Shown here piece after piece: positions 11,229 to 20,700 of a stretch of 64,000 nt of DNA; the stretch's first letter is position 1; every line of letters begins with the position of its first letter. A program made the position numbers and the translations under genes. The notes beneath the pieces were generated by a model. The model saw only the letters and a list, made by a program, of their open reading frames with translations, searched no databases and was not told the origin of the DNA. The DNA is from Candidatus Kaiserbacteria bacterium (GTDB lineage: Bacteria; Patescibacteriota; Minisyncoccia; Phycocordibacterales; Phycocordibacteraceae). The stretch spans positions 1,931-65,930 of the forward strand of contig CAWEXP010000009.1 of assembly GCA_963813065.1 (NCBI GenBank), written 5' to 3'.

Positions 11229-11996
11229 TTATTGTTGATACTGCGGTTGAAGAATGGTGCGAATCTGCGAGACCGGGATGCGGAGCGTCTGCGGGCCCGA
11301 GGAGTACGGCGCGACCTGGTAGGGAGCGAAGAGGATAATGAAATCCTTGTTGTCGAAGAAGAAATTCTGGAAATTAGCGGCTTCGGGCGTCGTGCCGGGG
11401 TTGATGAAGGTCGGGTCAGCGCTATCGCCGATGATGGCGGGGAGCATCTGCCGCGCGAGGGTCGAGAGTGTGCCCAGATAATCGGAACCGCTCAAGAAAA
11501 TATCGCTCAAGGCGAGTGCTTGTCCGGTCGAGGTGTCGAAGGTGAGGGTCGAGAAGCTCGTGTTGGGGTGCGCGCCGAGCGTATCTTCGTAGGTGGTGAA
11601 GATGTAGGAAACCGTGCGGGGCGAAGAAGCGATGAGGTAGGTAATCTGGAGCGATTCTTTGCTTCCTTTATCGAATCCCATCATCGAAATGTCGCGCAGT
11701 GAGAGATGGTCGAAGTTGCCCTGCGTCTTGAAGTCGCTAATAATCCCGCTGACGAGCGATTGGATCTTCGCAATGGCGGCGCGGTCGGCCGCGGCACCCG
11801 CAGTTTCAGCGAGCGGGGTCGAGGTCGGATAGTTGGCGGCAATGTCGTAGTACGGCGCGTGCTCGGTGTCGCCGCCCTCTGGAAGCGTGAGAACGACGGG
11901 CGCCGAGACTGGCGTCGGCTTCACTGCCGCGTAGAACACAATCCCCACCACAATCACGACCAGCACCGCGCCACCGATAATCAGTTCTTTTTTCAT
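11229..11996 (-). CDS. RsiV/DUF3298-like membrane-anchored protein
   Basis: N-terminal TM; GAHPNT..TFD..G..LALSDIF; F.PYQVAPYSSG. Confidence 0.8.
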   Translation of the reverse strand: MKKELIIGGAVLVVIVVGIVFYAAVKPTPVSAPVVLTLPEGGDTEHAPYYDIAANYPTSTPLAETAGAAADRAAIAKIQSLVSGIISDFKTQGNFDHLSLRDISMMGFDKGSKESLQITYLIASSPRTVSYIFTTYEDTLGAHPNTSFSTLTFDTSTGQALALSDIFLSGSDYLGTLSTLARQMLPAIIGDSADPTFINPGTTPEAANFQNFFFDNKDFIILFAPYQVAPYSSGPQTLRIPVSQIRTILQPQYQQ

Positions 11997-12048
11997 GTGA
12001 ACAGTCTAGCAAATCGGGCGAATATGGGCGCGTGATAGAATAACGAGC

Positions 12049-12426
12049 ATGAAGAAGGTCACAAAATCGATCGCGATTAAGGAGCCCACCCTTACGGAGG
12101 TTCTCGCTGTTATGAATGAGCGTTTCGACGTGGCTGAATCTCGTATGGAAAATAGATTTGGTGACATTGAAATCCGCATCGACAAACGTTTCAATTCTTT
12201 GAATGAGCGCTCGAACGGAATCGACGCGCGACTTGGTGTTATTGAAAGGCGGGCTGGTAAAATTGAGAACACTCTCGGCGATATACAAGATGATTTGACT
12301 TCCGCACTTGCCGCCACCGATAACGATGGTTCTGCGATTTTGAATCACGAACACCGCATCGCGCACCTAGAGAAATTGAGCAATATTAAAATCGTTCCAC
12401 CCCGGCATCTCGTCGGTCTTGAATAG
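12049..12426 (+). CDS. coiled-coil hypothetical protein (paralog of 6977..7291)
   Basis: EPTLTEVL, heptads, NHEHRIAHLE; TAGAAT 7 nt upstream. Confidence 0.75.
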   Translation: MKKVTKSIAIKEPTLTEVLAVMNERFDVAESRMENRFGDIEIRIDKRFNSLNERSNGIDARLGVIERRAGKIENTLGDIQDDLTSALAATDNDGSAILNHEHRIAHLEKLSNIKIVPPRHLVGLE

Positions 12427-12458
12427 AAAAACCCCGCCGATTACGGCGGGGTATCGTC

Positions 12459-12776
12459 TTACTCTTCGTTTGGGTTATAACTGAGTAAACGACCTCTTCT
12501 GGTTTGCGTGTTGTAAGTGCCTTTCAGGTATAAGTATTCACGATTTTTATACCGCTCAAGGGACGGTGCATTGACCAGATGGCCGTTACATACGATTTCC
12601 CACGGCTCGCCCTCACCAGAGCCTCGCTTAACTATGTCGATGGTTAGACTGTAGACATATTCTCCATCTCCGCCGTGGAAATGGAATTTCTGGGGAACGC
12701 CCTGAGCGAGTCCTGGAATTAACAACCCCCATTGCGAAGGACCGTTCACAACGAGATAATTCACTCCATGGGCCAT
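12459..12776 (-). CDS. orphan hypothetical protein, SD-led
   Basis: AAAGGAGG upstream; 105 aa; converges on hairpin 12426-12452. Confidence 0.65.
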   Translation of the reverse strand: MAHGVNYLVVNGPSQWGLLIPGLAQGVPQKFHFHGGDGEYVYSLTIDIVKRGSGEGEPWEIVCNGHLVNAPSLERYKNREYLYLKGTYNTQTRRGRLLSYNPNEE

Positions 12777-12860
12777 CCGACCCTCCTTTGATACATGATC
12801 TCCTCATCGGTGCGGAAATCGAACACCCTGACTCCTCGCGGAGCGACCTACCCATACAGA

Positions 12861-13923
12861 CGCGCATTCTCATATGAATCCGAACACTCGCGGTATTGTG
12901 CGTGCATGAAAAAAGAAACGTTGGAAGCAGCTGAGCACGAGCGAGCGGTCTGAGATTTCAATACTGAAGCGCAAGAAGTATTCGCTCCGTGCGATTGCTC
13001 GAGCTCTTGGCCGCAGTGTTTCCAGCATCTCGGAAGAGTTGAAGAGGAATCGAGTGCGAGGTTTGTATGATGTACAGAAGGCTGCACACAAGGCGTATGC
13101 ACGAAGAAAGTACGCGAAGTATCAAGGCATGAAGATCGTCGGGCATGCGGGTCTGCGTTCACTCGTGGAAGAGCTGTTGTATGACGACCAATCGCCCGAG
13201 AACATCGCCGGAAGAGTCCGGAAGTATGCCAAGCGTCTGCCGACCATCTCGAAAGACGGCGTGTACCGATTCATCAAAAGCGTGTATGGCCGGAGAATTG
13301 AGTCGCATCGGAACGCGCGAAAGCAGAAACGAAGAAAGTATCACCCGAGAGTCGCGGCTCTTTCAGAGCGAACCTTCATCGACAAACGGCCCAGGCATAT
13401 CAACGCTCGTTCGAGGAGCGGAGATGTCGAGGCTGACTTCATTGTCTCGGGCAAGACTGGCAGAGGCATCCTGCTCGTGGTGGTCGACCGGAAGCTCCGC
13501 GTCACGTTCATCGAACGCATTCTCGATGTGTCAGTGGCGAACGTGCACCGGGCATTCCTCCGCATTCAACAGAGATTCCCCGAGCTCCGCACCATCACCA
13601 CTGACAACGATATTTTGTTCCAGATCATCAGGCACTCGCCACTCTTCTGGGGGTGCGCATCTATTTCTGTCGGCCGTATCACTCCTGGGAGAAAGGAACG
13701 GTTGAGAATACAAACGGCGTCATACGCAAAGACATACCGAAAGGCGCAAACATTTCTCGCTATTCAAAGGCATTTATACAAAAGCTCGAGGACAAGCTGA
13801 ACCGGAGGATACTGAAATGCCTCCAATACAAAACTCCGGCGGAAGCATTAGCTGCGGTACGGAAACGAAAAAAGCGCCGAGGCGCATGAAATTCGAGTGT
13901 TCGGATTGAGCCCGTCGAGCGGG
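12861..13923 (+). mobile_element. IS30-family element, copy 1 (1063 bp)
   Basis: Matches 40332..41395; flanked by AGA/AGA duplication; subterminal IR AATCCGAACACTCG. Confidence 0.93.
12906..13889 (+). pseudogene. IS30 transposase, 1-bp deletion at ~13621 relative to copy 2
   Basis: HTH (YSLRAIARALGRSVSSISEELKRN), GDVEADFI, TITTDND, PYHSWEKGTVENTNG. Confidence 0.88.
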
Positions 13924-14016
13924 AGATAGGAATTGATTTCAATATACACCCTTATGCAAATCTGTCAAAGTTTTAAAATGGGCTAGGGATTCTCGGGCAA
14001 TTTGGATTTGCCCGAG

Positions 14017-14045
14017 TTGACGGCTGGGAGAGACTCGTGTATCTT
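14017..14045 (+). promoter_or_regulatory. sigma70-like promoter for rpsS block
   Basis: TTGACG-17 bp-TATCTT. Confidence 0.65.
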
Positions 14046-14080
14046 GCCTCTATCCCGTTCGGCGGGATATTTATTTCACT

Positions 14081-14421
14081 ATGGCACGATCACTCAAGAA
14101 GGGACCCTACGTGGACGTCAAACTCCTCAAAAAGGTCCAAAAAGCTCAGTCCCGCACCGCGGGGGTGATTAAGACGTGGGCGCGCGGAAGCCGAATCAGC
14201 CCGGAAATGGTTGGTTTCACCTTCGGCGTCCACAACGGCAAGAGCCACATTGAGGTCCTCGTCTCTGAGGAGATGGTGGGGCATCGGCTCGGTGAATTCT
14301 CGCCGACCAAGAAGTTCATCCGCCACGGTGGCAAGATGCAGAAGGAGCTCGAACAGAAGCGCCAGGAGTCGGAGGTCGCCGCCGCCAAGGCCGCCTCTGC
14401 CGCTCCGCCGCTAAGAAATAA
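14081..14421 (+). CDS. rpsS: 30S ribosomal protein S19 with C-terminal extension (indel near 3' end)
   Basis: [30 protein letters not shown]. Confidence 0.95.
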
Positions 14422-14426
14422 TTTGT

Positions 14427-14744
14427 ATGAAAGCGACTCTCGAAAGCCACAATCAGTCCCCGCGCAAGGTCCGCCTCGTGGCTGACCTCGTGAAAGGGAA
14501 GAAGGTCCCGGCGGCGCTCTCGGCGCTCGCGTTCCTCCCCAAGCGCGCGAGCGAGCCAGTCGCCAAGCTCATCAAGAGCGCGGCCGCTAATGCCAAGGAC
14601 AAGGGCGAGAACCCGAAGAGCTCACGATAGGTCAATCACCCGTCGAGAGCGCGGAAATGTCGAAGCGTTTCATGCCGCCACGCCTTCGGCCGCGCCTCGG
14701 CGATTCGCCACAAGAAGAGCCGCATTAAGGTCGTCCTCGCGTAA
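14427..14744 (+). CDS. rplV: 50S ribosomal protein L22 (frameshifted, likely sequencing error)
   Basis: [26 protein letters not shown]; 3' part [19 protein letters not shown]. Confidence 0.9.
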
Positions 14745-14749
14745 CTTCT

Positions 14750-15439
14750 ATGACTCACACCGTACATCCCTATGCGCACCGCCTCGGCATCATCCGCGAC
14801 TGGAAGAGCCGTTGGTTCGCCGCCGACAAGAAGAGCTACCGCGAGAATATCAAGGTAGACGCCGCACTCCGCGCCTTCCTCGAGAAGAAGCTCCACGGTA
14901 CCTACACCTCGGGTATCGACATCGAGCGCTCGGCGACCGAGCTCCGCGTGATCCTGGCCACCGCCCGCCCCGGCTCGTGATTGGTCGCTCGGGCGAGAAC
15001 GCCGCCGAGCTCCGCGCCGAGATCACTAAGGTCGCCCGCAAGGTGGCGCCTCTTGATCGCCGCACGGTGAAGTTCGATATCGTCGAAGTGCGCCAGCCGG
15101 AGACAGACGCGGCGGTCGTCGCGGCGATGGTCGCCGAAGGCCTTGAGAAGCGTATGCCCTTCCGCCGCGTGCTCAAGCAGACGGTCGAGAAAGTGAAGGC
15201 CGTCCGCGAGGTCGAGGGCGTGCGCATCACGATCAGTGGCCGCCTCGGCGGCGCCGAGATGTCGCGCAAAGAGGAAATCAAGCGCGGACGCATCCCGCTC
15301 CAGACCTTCCGTGCGGACATCGACTGGCCTATGGCAAAGCTCCAGCTCCGTACGCGTCATCGACATCAAGGTTTGGATTTACCGCGGCAATATCTTCGCC
15401 GAGAAGAAGGCGGCAAGCCCGAGCCTCTCGCGGGCCTAA
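14750..15439 (+). CDS. rpsC: 30S ribosomal protein S3 (frameshifted, likely error)
   Basis: MTHTVHPYAHRLGIIRDWKSRW; SGRLGGAEMSR..GRIPLQTFRADID. Confidence 0.92.
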
Positions 15440-15448
15440 TACATTGCT

Positions 15449-15861
15449 ATGCTTTTCCCTAAAAAGTAAAACACCGCAAGTGGCAGACTCAGCGCAAGAG
15501 CGCTAGCGTCTCGCGCGCCCGGACACGCGCGGTACCTCAGTCTCTTCGGCTCCTTCGGACTCAAGGCGCTCACTTCGGCGCGTGTCACGAGCAACCAGAT
15601 TAAGCGGCGCGCAAAGTGCTCACCCGCGCAGTGGCCAAGAGCGGCAAGCTCTGATCGCATCTTCCCGATCGCCCCGTCACGGCGAAGCCGGCGGAGGTGG
15701 GCATGGGTTCGGGCAAGGGCGACCCGAAGCTCTACGTCTGAGGTGCGCCAGGTCGCGTACTCTTTGAGATTGACGGTGTCAGCGAGGCGGTGGCCCGCGC
15801 ACACCTCATCCAGGCAGGGTCGAAAGTGCCCGTGAAGACGAGCATCGTCGTGCGCCGTTAA
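15449..15861 (+). CDS. rplP: 50S ribosomal protein L16 (multiple indels, likely error)
   Basis: MLFPKK..KHRKWQ; [19 protein letters not shown]; RIFPD; [11 protein letters not shown]; [11 protein letters not shown]. Confidence 0.88.
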
Positions 15862-15880
15862 TTGCAGTATTTCAATATAT

Positions 15881-16085
15881 ATGGCAAAGAGAGATGACAT
15901 GCATAAGAAGACAGATCAGGAACATGCGCGCACTCCTCGCGAGCGAGCGGGTGAATCTGCACAAACTCCGCTTCGAGGCGGCGGGTGCGCGCCCCAAGGA
16001 TTCGAGCGCGCCGCGCGTGGCACGGAAGCAGATCGCACGTATACTGACCGAACAGCGTTCGCGCGTCATCAAGGCCACAAAATAA
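15881..16085 (+). CDS. rpmC: 50S ribosomal protein L29 (frameshifted)
   Basis: LHKLRF..RKQIARILT; position. Confidence 0.85.
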
Positions 16086-16087
16086 AT

Positions 16088-16351
16088 ATGGAAAACAAAA
16101 CCCCTCGTCCCCAATCGTTCACTGGCACCGTCGTCAAGACGGCGATGAAGGTACGGCCACCGTGCGCGTCGACCGCTCGTGAAGCATGCGAAGTACAAGA
16201 AGTATTTCGTTCGCTCCAAGAAGTACTCGTGCACGATGCGGGCAACACGGCGGCGGTGGGCGACAAGGTCACTATCGTTGCGACGCGCCCCATTTCGAAG
16301 TTGAAGCGCTTCGCGATTGCTTCAACGACGCTCAGCACCGGCAAAAAATAA
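16088..16351 (+). CDS. rpsQ: 30S ribosomal protein S17 (internal indels)
   Basis: FTGTVVKTAMK..VHDAGN..GDKVTIVATRPISKLKRF. Confidence 0.9.
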   Translation: MENKTPRPQSFTGTVVKTAMKVRPPCASTAREACEVQEVFRSLQEVLVHDAGNTAAVGDKVTIVATRPISKLKRFAIASTTLSTGKK

Positions 16352-16352
16352 T

Positions 16353-16730
16353 ATGTTGCAACCTCAATCAATCGTCATGGTGGCAGATAACTCCGGAGGG
16401 CAGATTGCCCGCATCTTCAAGGTGCCCGGAGGTTCTAAGCGCCGCTATGCTGCCATCGGCGATATCGTCGTCGTTTCGATCCAGACCGCTCAGCCGCGCA
16501 AGGCGGTGAAAAAGAAAGAGATTTACAAGGCGGTGGTCGTCCGTCAGGTCAAGCCGTTTGCCCGCAAAGACGGTTCCTACATTCGCTTCGACGAGAACGC
16601 CGTGGTGCTGATCGAGAAGCAGGGCAAGGAGATGGGCCCCAAGGGTAACCGCGTCTTCGGTCCCGTACCGCGCGAGCTCACCGACCGCGGCTGGCACAAC
16701 ATCGCCTCGATTGCTCCGGAAGTCGTCTAA
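16353..16730 (+). CDS. rplN: 50S ribosomal protein L14
   Basis: VADNSG..DGSYIRFDENAVV..RVFGPVPREL. Confidence 0.98.
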   Translation: MLQPQSIVMVADNSGGQIARIFKVPGGSKRRYAAIGDIVVVSIQTAQPRKAVKKKEIYKAVVVRQVKPFARKDGSYIRFDENAVVLIEKQGKEMGPKGNRVFGPVPRELTDRGWHNIASIAPEVV

Positions 16731-16740
16731 TATTTTTAGT

Positions 16741-16965
16741 ATGAAACTCCACGTTAAAAAAGGCGACACGGTGAAGATTCTTTCCGGCAAGGACAAGGGC
16801 AAGAAAGGTCTCGTTATGCGCGCTCTGCCTAAGGAAGGGAAGGTTGTTGTCGAGGGCATTGCACTCGTCAAGCGCCATCTGCGCAAGCAGGGCGGCCAAT
16901 CGGGACACATCGTCGAGCGACCCGCCGCTATCGACGCTTCGAATGTCGCAAAGATCGAGAAATAA
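16741..16965 (+). CDS. rplX: 50S ribosomal protein L24 (short)
   Basis: VKKGDTVKILSGKDKGKKG..IDASNV. Confidence 0.96.
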   Translation: MKLHVKKGDTVKILSGKDKGKKGLVMRALPKEGKVVVEGIALVKRHLRKQGGQSGHIVERPAAIDASNVAKIEK

Positions 16966-16968
16966 TTT

Positions 16969-17541
16969 ATGAACATCACCAAACAACGCCAGCAAACCGC
17001 CTACGATGCGCTCCGCGCAGACTTCGGCTACACCTCGCCGATGCAGTCGCCGCGCGTGTTGAAGGCCATTGTCTCCACCGGCGTCGGTAAGAAGCGCGAT
17101 AAGAAGCAGATCGAGCTCATCAGCGAGCGCCTTGCCCGCATCACGGGACAGAAGGCGGCACCGCGCTCGGCCAAGCTCTCCATTGCATCCTTCAAGGTCC
17201 GCCAGGGCGATACGGTTGGCCTCCAGGTCACGCTCCATGGCGCACGCATGTTCGACTTCCTCGACAAGCTCATCCACATCGCGCTCCCGCGCACGCGCGA
17301 CTTCCGCGGTATTGCGGCCTCGGCCATCGACGACATGGGCAATATTACGATTGGCATCAAGGAGAACACCATCTTCCCGGAGACCTCCGATGAAGACCTT
17401 AAAGATGTCTTCGGTCTCGCCATCACCATCGTCACCACGGCCAAGTCGAAGAACGAGGCCGATGCCTTCCTCCGCCACCTCGGCGTCCCGCTCCGCCCGC
17501 TCGAAGAGCCCAAGGTGAAAGTACGAGCGAAGAAAAAATAA
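16969..17541 (+). CDS. rplE: 50S ribosomal protein L5
   Basis: ITGQK..SIASFKVRQG..LPRTRDFRG. Confidence 0.98.
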   Translation: MNITKQRQQTAYDALRADFGYTSPMQSPRVLKAIVSTGVGKKRDKKQIELISERLARITGQKAAPRSAKLSIASFKVRQGDTVGLQVTLHGARMFDFLDKLIHIALPRTRDFRGIAASAIDDMGNITIGIKENTIFPETSDEDLKDVFGLAITIVTTAKSKNEADAFLRHLGVPLRPLEEPKVKVRAKKK

Positions 17542-17760
17542 TCTCGTTTTACAAAAATTGAAATGGCCCGTGCGAGCGCGGGTCATTTCGTTTGCATTGT
17601 AGTACACGACGTTCTCACGGAGGCGCGCTATGCACAGGCATCCACTAAATACTGCTATAGCAGAAAATAAAGGATAGTGCGTAAAAGGATGGGAAGTTGC
17701 GTTTCTGCCAAGTTCGGGGTATGGTCGCGGCAGACGAAACGCTTACGAGAGGTGAATTCG

Positions 17761-17922
17761 ATGAGCATCTTTTCTATTTTAGGAATTGCGGCCTTGGTAA
17801 TAGGTCTACTCACACATCAAACTCCAAGTACTCGTGCCATCATTCTTTCCGCGTGTCTCGTCTTCTTCGGTATTGGATTCTTCTGGCCATCATTCTTGAT
17901 GGTGCCACCATACTGGAATTAA
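17761..17922 (+). CDS. small 2-TM orphan protein, SD-led
   Basis: GAGGTG upstream; two hydrophobic helices; terminator 17930-17955. Confidence 0.55.
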   Translation: MSIFSILGIAALVIGLLTHQTPSTRAIILSACLVFFGIGFFWPSFLMVPPYWN

Positions 17923-17974
17923 GGACATCAAACCCCGCTTCGGTGGGGTCTTTTTATAGGCAGGGGAGCGACGT

Positions 17975-18003
17975 TTGACGCCGGAAACCCTTGGTGATAC
18001 AGT
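17975..18003 (+). promoter_or_regulatory. sigma70-like promoter for rpsN-secY block
   Basis: TTGACG-17 bp-TACAGT with extended TG. Confidence 0.65.
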
Positions 18004-18034
18004 GCTCGCACGCTCCTCGGAGCTTTTATTTTGT

Positions 18035-18304
18035 ATGGCAAAGAAATCCCAGATTGCACGGCAGGCAAAACGCGAGAAGCTCGTGGCGAAATTCGCTACT
18101 AAGCGCGCGGCTCTTAAGTCTGCCGGTGACTGGGATGGCCTGCAGGCGCTCCCGAAGAACTCTTCGCCGGTGCGGTTGAAGAATCGTTGCTCCGCGACCG
18201 GTCGTAGCCGCGGGTATATGCGCGCCTTTGGGCTCTCGCGCATCGAGTTCCGCGAGCTCGCACGCGCGGGCAAGATTCCGGGCGTGAAGAAGGCTTCTTG
18301 GTAA
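18035..18304 (+). CDS. rpsN: 30S ribosomal protein S14, 89-aa zinc-independent type
   Basis: [38 protein letters not shown]; single Cys. Confidence 0.97.
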   Translation: MAKKSQIARQAKREKLVAKFATKRAALKSAGDWDGLQALPKNSSPVRLKNRCSATGRSRGYMRAFGLSRIEFRELARAGKIPGVKKASW

Positions 18305-18318
18305 TTTTCGATACTGCT

Positions 18319-18723
18319 ATGACCACCGACAAAGTTGGCGATTTCATCATCCGTTTGCAGAATGCGAGCATGATTGGCCGCGCTACGACGAGCGCACCGT
18401 ATTCCAAGCACCTCGAATCCATCGCGCGCAAGCTGAAGGCGCTCGGCTTTGTGAGCGAGGTTGCGGTCGATGCTAAAGATGAAGCGGGCGTGAAGAAGAA
18501 TCTCATCGTCACCCTCGCGTACGATGCGCGCGGCAAGGCGAAGATTCACGGTGTGAAGCGCATCTCTAAGCCGGGTCGCCGCCTCTATGTCGGTCACACT
18601 GACGCCCACTCGGTCGAGGGTGGCACGGGCGCACGCATCATCTCGACGCCTTCCGGTATCTACTCGGATCGCGACGCGCGCTCCAAGCGTGTCGGTGGCG
18701 AGAACATGTTCGAAATTTGGTAA
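18319..18723 (+). CDS. rpsH: 30S ribosomal protein S8
   Basis: DFIIRLQNA..RISKPGRRLY..IISTPSG..VGGE. Confidence 0.97.
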   Translation: MTTDKVGDFIIRLQNASMIGRATTSAPYSKHLESIARKLKALGFVSEVAVDAKDEAGVKKNLIVTLAYDARGKAKIHGVKRISKPGRRLYVGHTDAHSVEGGTGARIISTPSGIYSDRDARSKRVGGENMFEIW

Positions 18724-18725
18724 CT

Positions 18726-19256
18726 ATGAGCCGCCTCGCTAAAAAACCGATTGCCGTAGGGAAAGCCCAAGTCTCCTTCTCGGGCGACACCTTGACCATC
18801 AAGGGTGCGAAGGCGACGCTGAACAAGCGCGTGCATCCGGCTATCGGCATCGAGGTCACGCCAGAAGGCGTCGTCATTTCTGCGAAGAATACGTCCCGCC
18901 TCGCCAAGGCTCTGACCGGCACCTTCGCCTCGCACGTCCGCAACATGCTCAAGGGCGTCGACACGCCGTTCGTCACCAAGCTCATTCTCGAAGGCGTCGG
19001 CTACAAGGTCGAGGTAAAAGGGAAGGAGCTCGTCTTCCAGGTCGGTAAGTCGCATGCAGTCAAGCTTGCCATTCCTGAGGAGGTCTCTGCGACCGCCGAG
19101 AAGAATCTCATCACCCTCACGGGCGCGGACAAAGAGGTCGTCGGCCAGTTCGCCGCGAACATCCGCCGCGTGAAGCCGCCGGAGCCGTATCTCGGCAAGG
19201 GCATTCGCTACGAGGGCGAAGTCATCCGCCGCAAGCAGGGCAAGAAGGCCGTCTAA
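18726..19256 (+). CDS. rplF: 50S ribosomal protein L6
   Basis: MSRLAKKPI..GVGYK..PPEPYLGKGIRY. Confidence 0.98.
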   Translation: MSRLAKKPIAVGKAQVSFSGDTLTIKGAKATLNKRVHPAIGIEVTPEGVVISAKNTSRLAKALTGTFASHVRNMLKGVDTPFVTKLILEGVGYKVEVKGKELVFQVGKSHAVKLAIPEEVSATAEKNLITLTGADKEVVGQFAANIRRVKPPEPYLGKGIRYEGEVIRRKQGKKAV

Positions 19257-19265
19257 TATATTTTT

Positions 19266-19616
19266 ATGAATCGCGCATCCACCACCAAAGAAGGACTCCG
19301 CCAGCGCCGCCACGCGCGCGTTCGCGCACGCATCTCGGGCACGGCGACGCGCCCGCGCCTCGCGGTCTTCAAGAGCAATCGTTTCGTCTCGGTACAGCTC
19401 ATCGACGACGTTGCGGGGAAGACCCTCGCGGCCGCGCATGGTCGCGCGACCAAGGGCTCTCAGCTCGTGCAGGCCAAGGCGGTCGGTGCAGAAATTGCCG
19501 GAGCGGCGAAGAAGCTCGGCGTCACGACGGTCGTCTTCGATCGTGGTGGTTATCAATATGCCGCGCTTATCAAGGCGCTCGCCGATGAGGCGCGCGCGGG
19601 CGGTCTCGCTTTTTAA
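19266..19616 (+). CDS. rplR: 50S ribosomal protein L18
   Basis: RPRLAVFKSN..VVFDRGGY. Confidence 0.98.
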   Translation: MNRASTTKEGLRQRRHARVRARISGTATRPRLAVFKSNRFVSVQLIDDVAGKTLAAAHGRATKGSQLVQAKAVGAEIAGAAKKLGVTTVVFDRGGYQYAALIKALADEARAGGLAF

Positions 19617-19621
19617 ATAGT

Positions 19622-20222
19622 ATGGAACCTACAAAAGACACACCGGAAATCATCGCGACGCCCGCTGTCGCTGAAGCTATGGCGGGCAAGCCGGCGGCGC
19701 GCCCGACCTTCAATCGTAATGCGCGCGGTTCGATTCGCGGACGATCACCGCACGGCCGCGGCTCCGCGGGCGGCCGTGCTCCCCGCGAGCGCAGTGAGTT
19801 CGACCAGGTGACTATCGACGCCCGCCGCGTGGCGCGCGTGATGGCCGGCGGTCGCCGTTTCAATTTCTCTATTGCGGTCGTTATCGGCGACAAGAAGGGT
19901 CGTGTGGGCGTCGGACTCGGCAAGGCCGCTGACACCGCACTCGCCATCGAGAAGGCAACCCGCGACGCGAAGAAGAATCTCATCACGGTCGCGCGCACCA
20001 AGAATAATTCCATCCCGCATGCGGTTGGCGCCAAGTATGCATCCTCGACCGTTGAGATTCGCCCCAGCCCGGGTCGCGGTCTCGTCGCGGGCTCGGCGAT
20101 GCGCACCGTGCTCGACGCGGCCGGCATCACCGATGTCGTGACCAAGATCAGCACGCGTTCGAAAAATAAGCTCACCATCGCGCGTGCCACCGTCGCCGCG
20201 CTCACGACGCCTCCGCTCCTAA
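19622..20222 (+). CDS. rpsE: 30S ribosomal protein S5 (indel near 3' end; true stop likely 20220-20222)
   Basis: RVARVMAGGRRFNFS..GDKKGRVGVGLGKA; R/G-rich N-extension. Confidence 0.95.
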
Positions 20223-20232
20223 TTCCACTTTT

Positions 20233-20700
20233 ATGCAACTCAACTCTCTCGCCCCCCGCACCAAGAACTACAAGAGCACGGCCGTCGGCCGTGGCGGCAA
20301 GCGTGGCAAGACCTCGGGTCACGGTGGCAAGGGCCAGACCGCTCGCGCCGGCCACAAAATTCGCCCCGAGATGCGCGACATCATCAAGAAGCTCCCGAAG
20401 CGCCGCGGCTATGGCGTGAATCGTTCGCGCACCGTGCGTATCGATCGCGTCCACTACACCGTCGTCAATCTCGCCGACATCGAGAAGGCCTTCGACGCGG
20501 GCAGTTTCATCACTCCCGGCTCGCTGAGGGACAAGGGCCTCATTCGCGGCCGCACACCCTCGGTGAAGATCCTCGGCACGGGCGCGGTCTCGAAGGCATT
20601 CGTCGTCCGCAACTGCGCGCTCTCCGCCTCGGCGCGTTCTGCAATTCTCTCAGCAGGCGGCACCATTCATGGTGAGCAGAGTCGAACCATCAATGATTAA
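20233..20700 (+). CDS. rplO: 50S ribosomal protein L15
   Basis: VGRGGKRGKTSGHGGKGQTARAG..KLPKRRG..VKILG. Confidence 0.96.
   Translation: MQLNSLAPRTKNYKSTAVGRGGKRGKTSGHGGKGQTARAGHKIRPEMRDIIKKLPKRRGYGVNRSRTVRIDRVHYTVVNLADIEKAFDAGSFITPGSLRDKGLIRGRTPSVKILGTGAVSKAFVVRNCALSASARSAILSAGGTIHGEQSRTIND

Noticed and set aside
14400-16351. Apparent pseudogenisation or programmed frameshifting of rpsS, rplV, rpsC, rplP, rpmC, rpsQ
   Set aside because: Dense scattered single-base indels in essential genes within one stretch fit low-coverage long-read consensus error. The same is likely for lone shifts in rpsE, the MBL hydrolase, the HAD gene, 37597 and 60260.
17630-17677. 15-codon SD-led ORF (MHRHPLNTAIAENKG) after the rplE hairpin
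   Set aside because: Too short to support; may be a decayed unit but cannot be told from chance.
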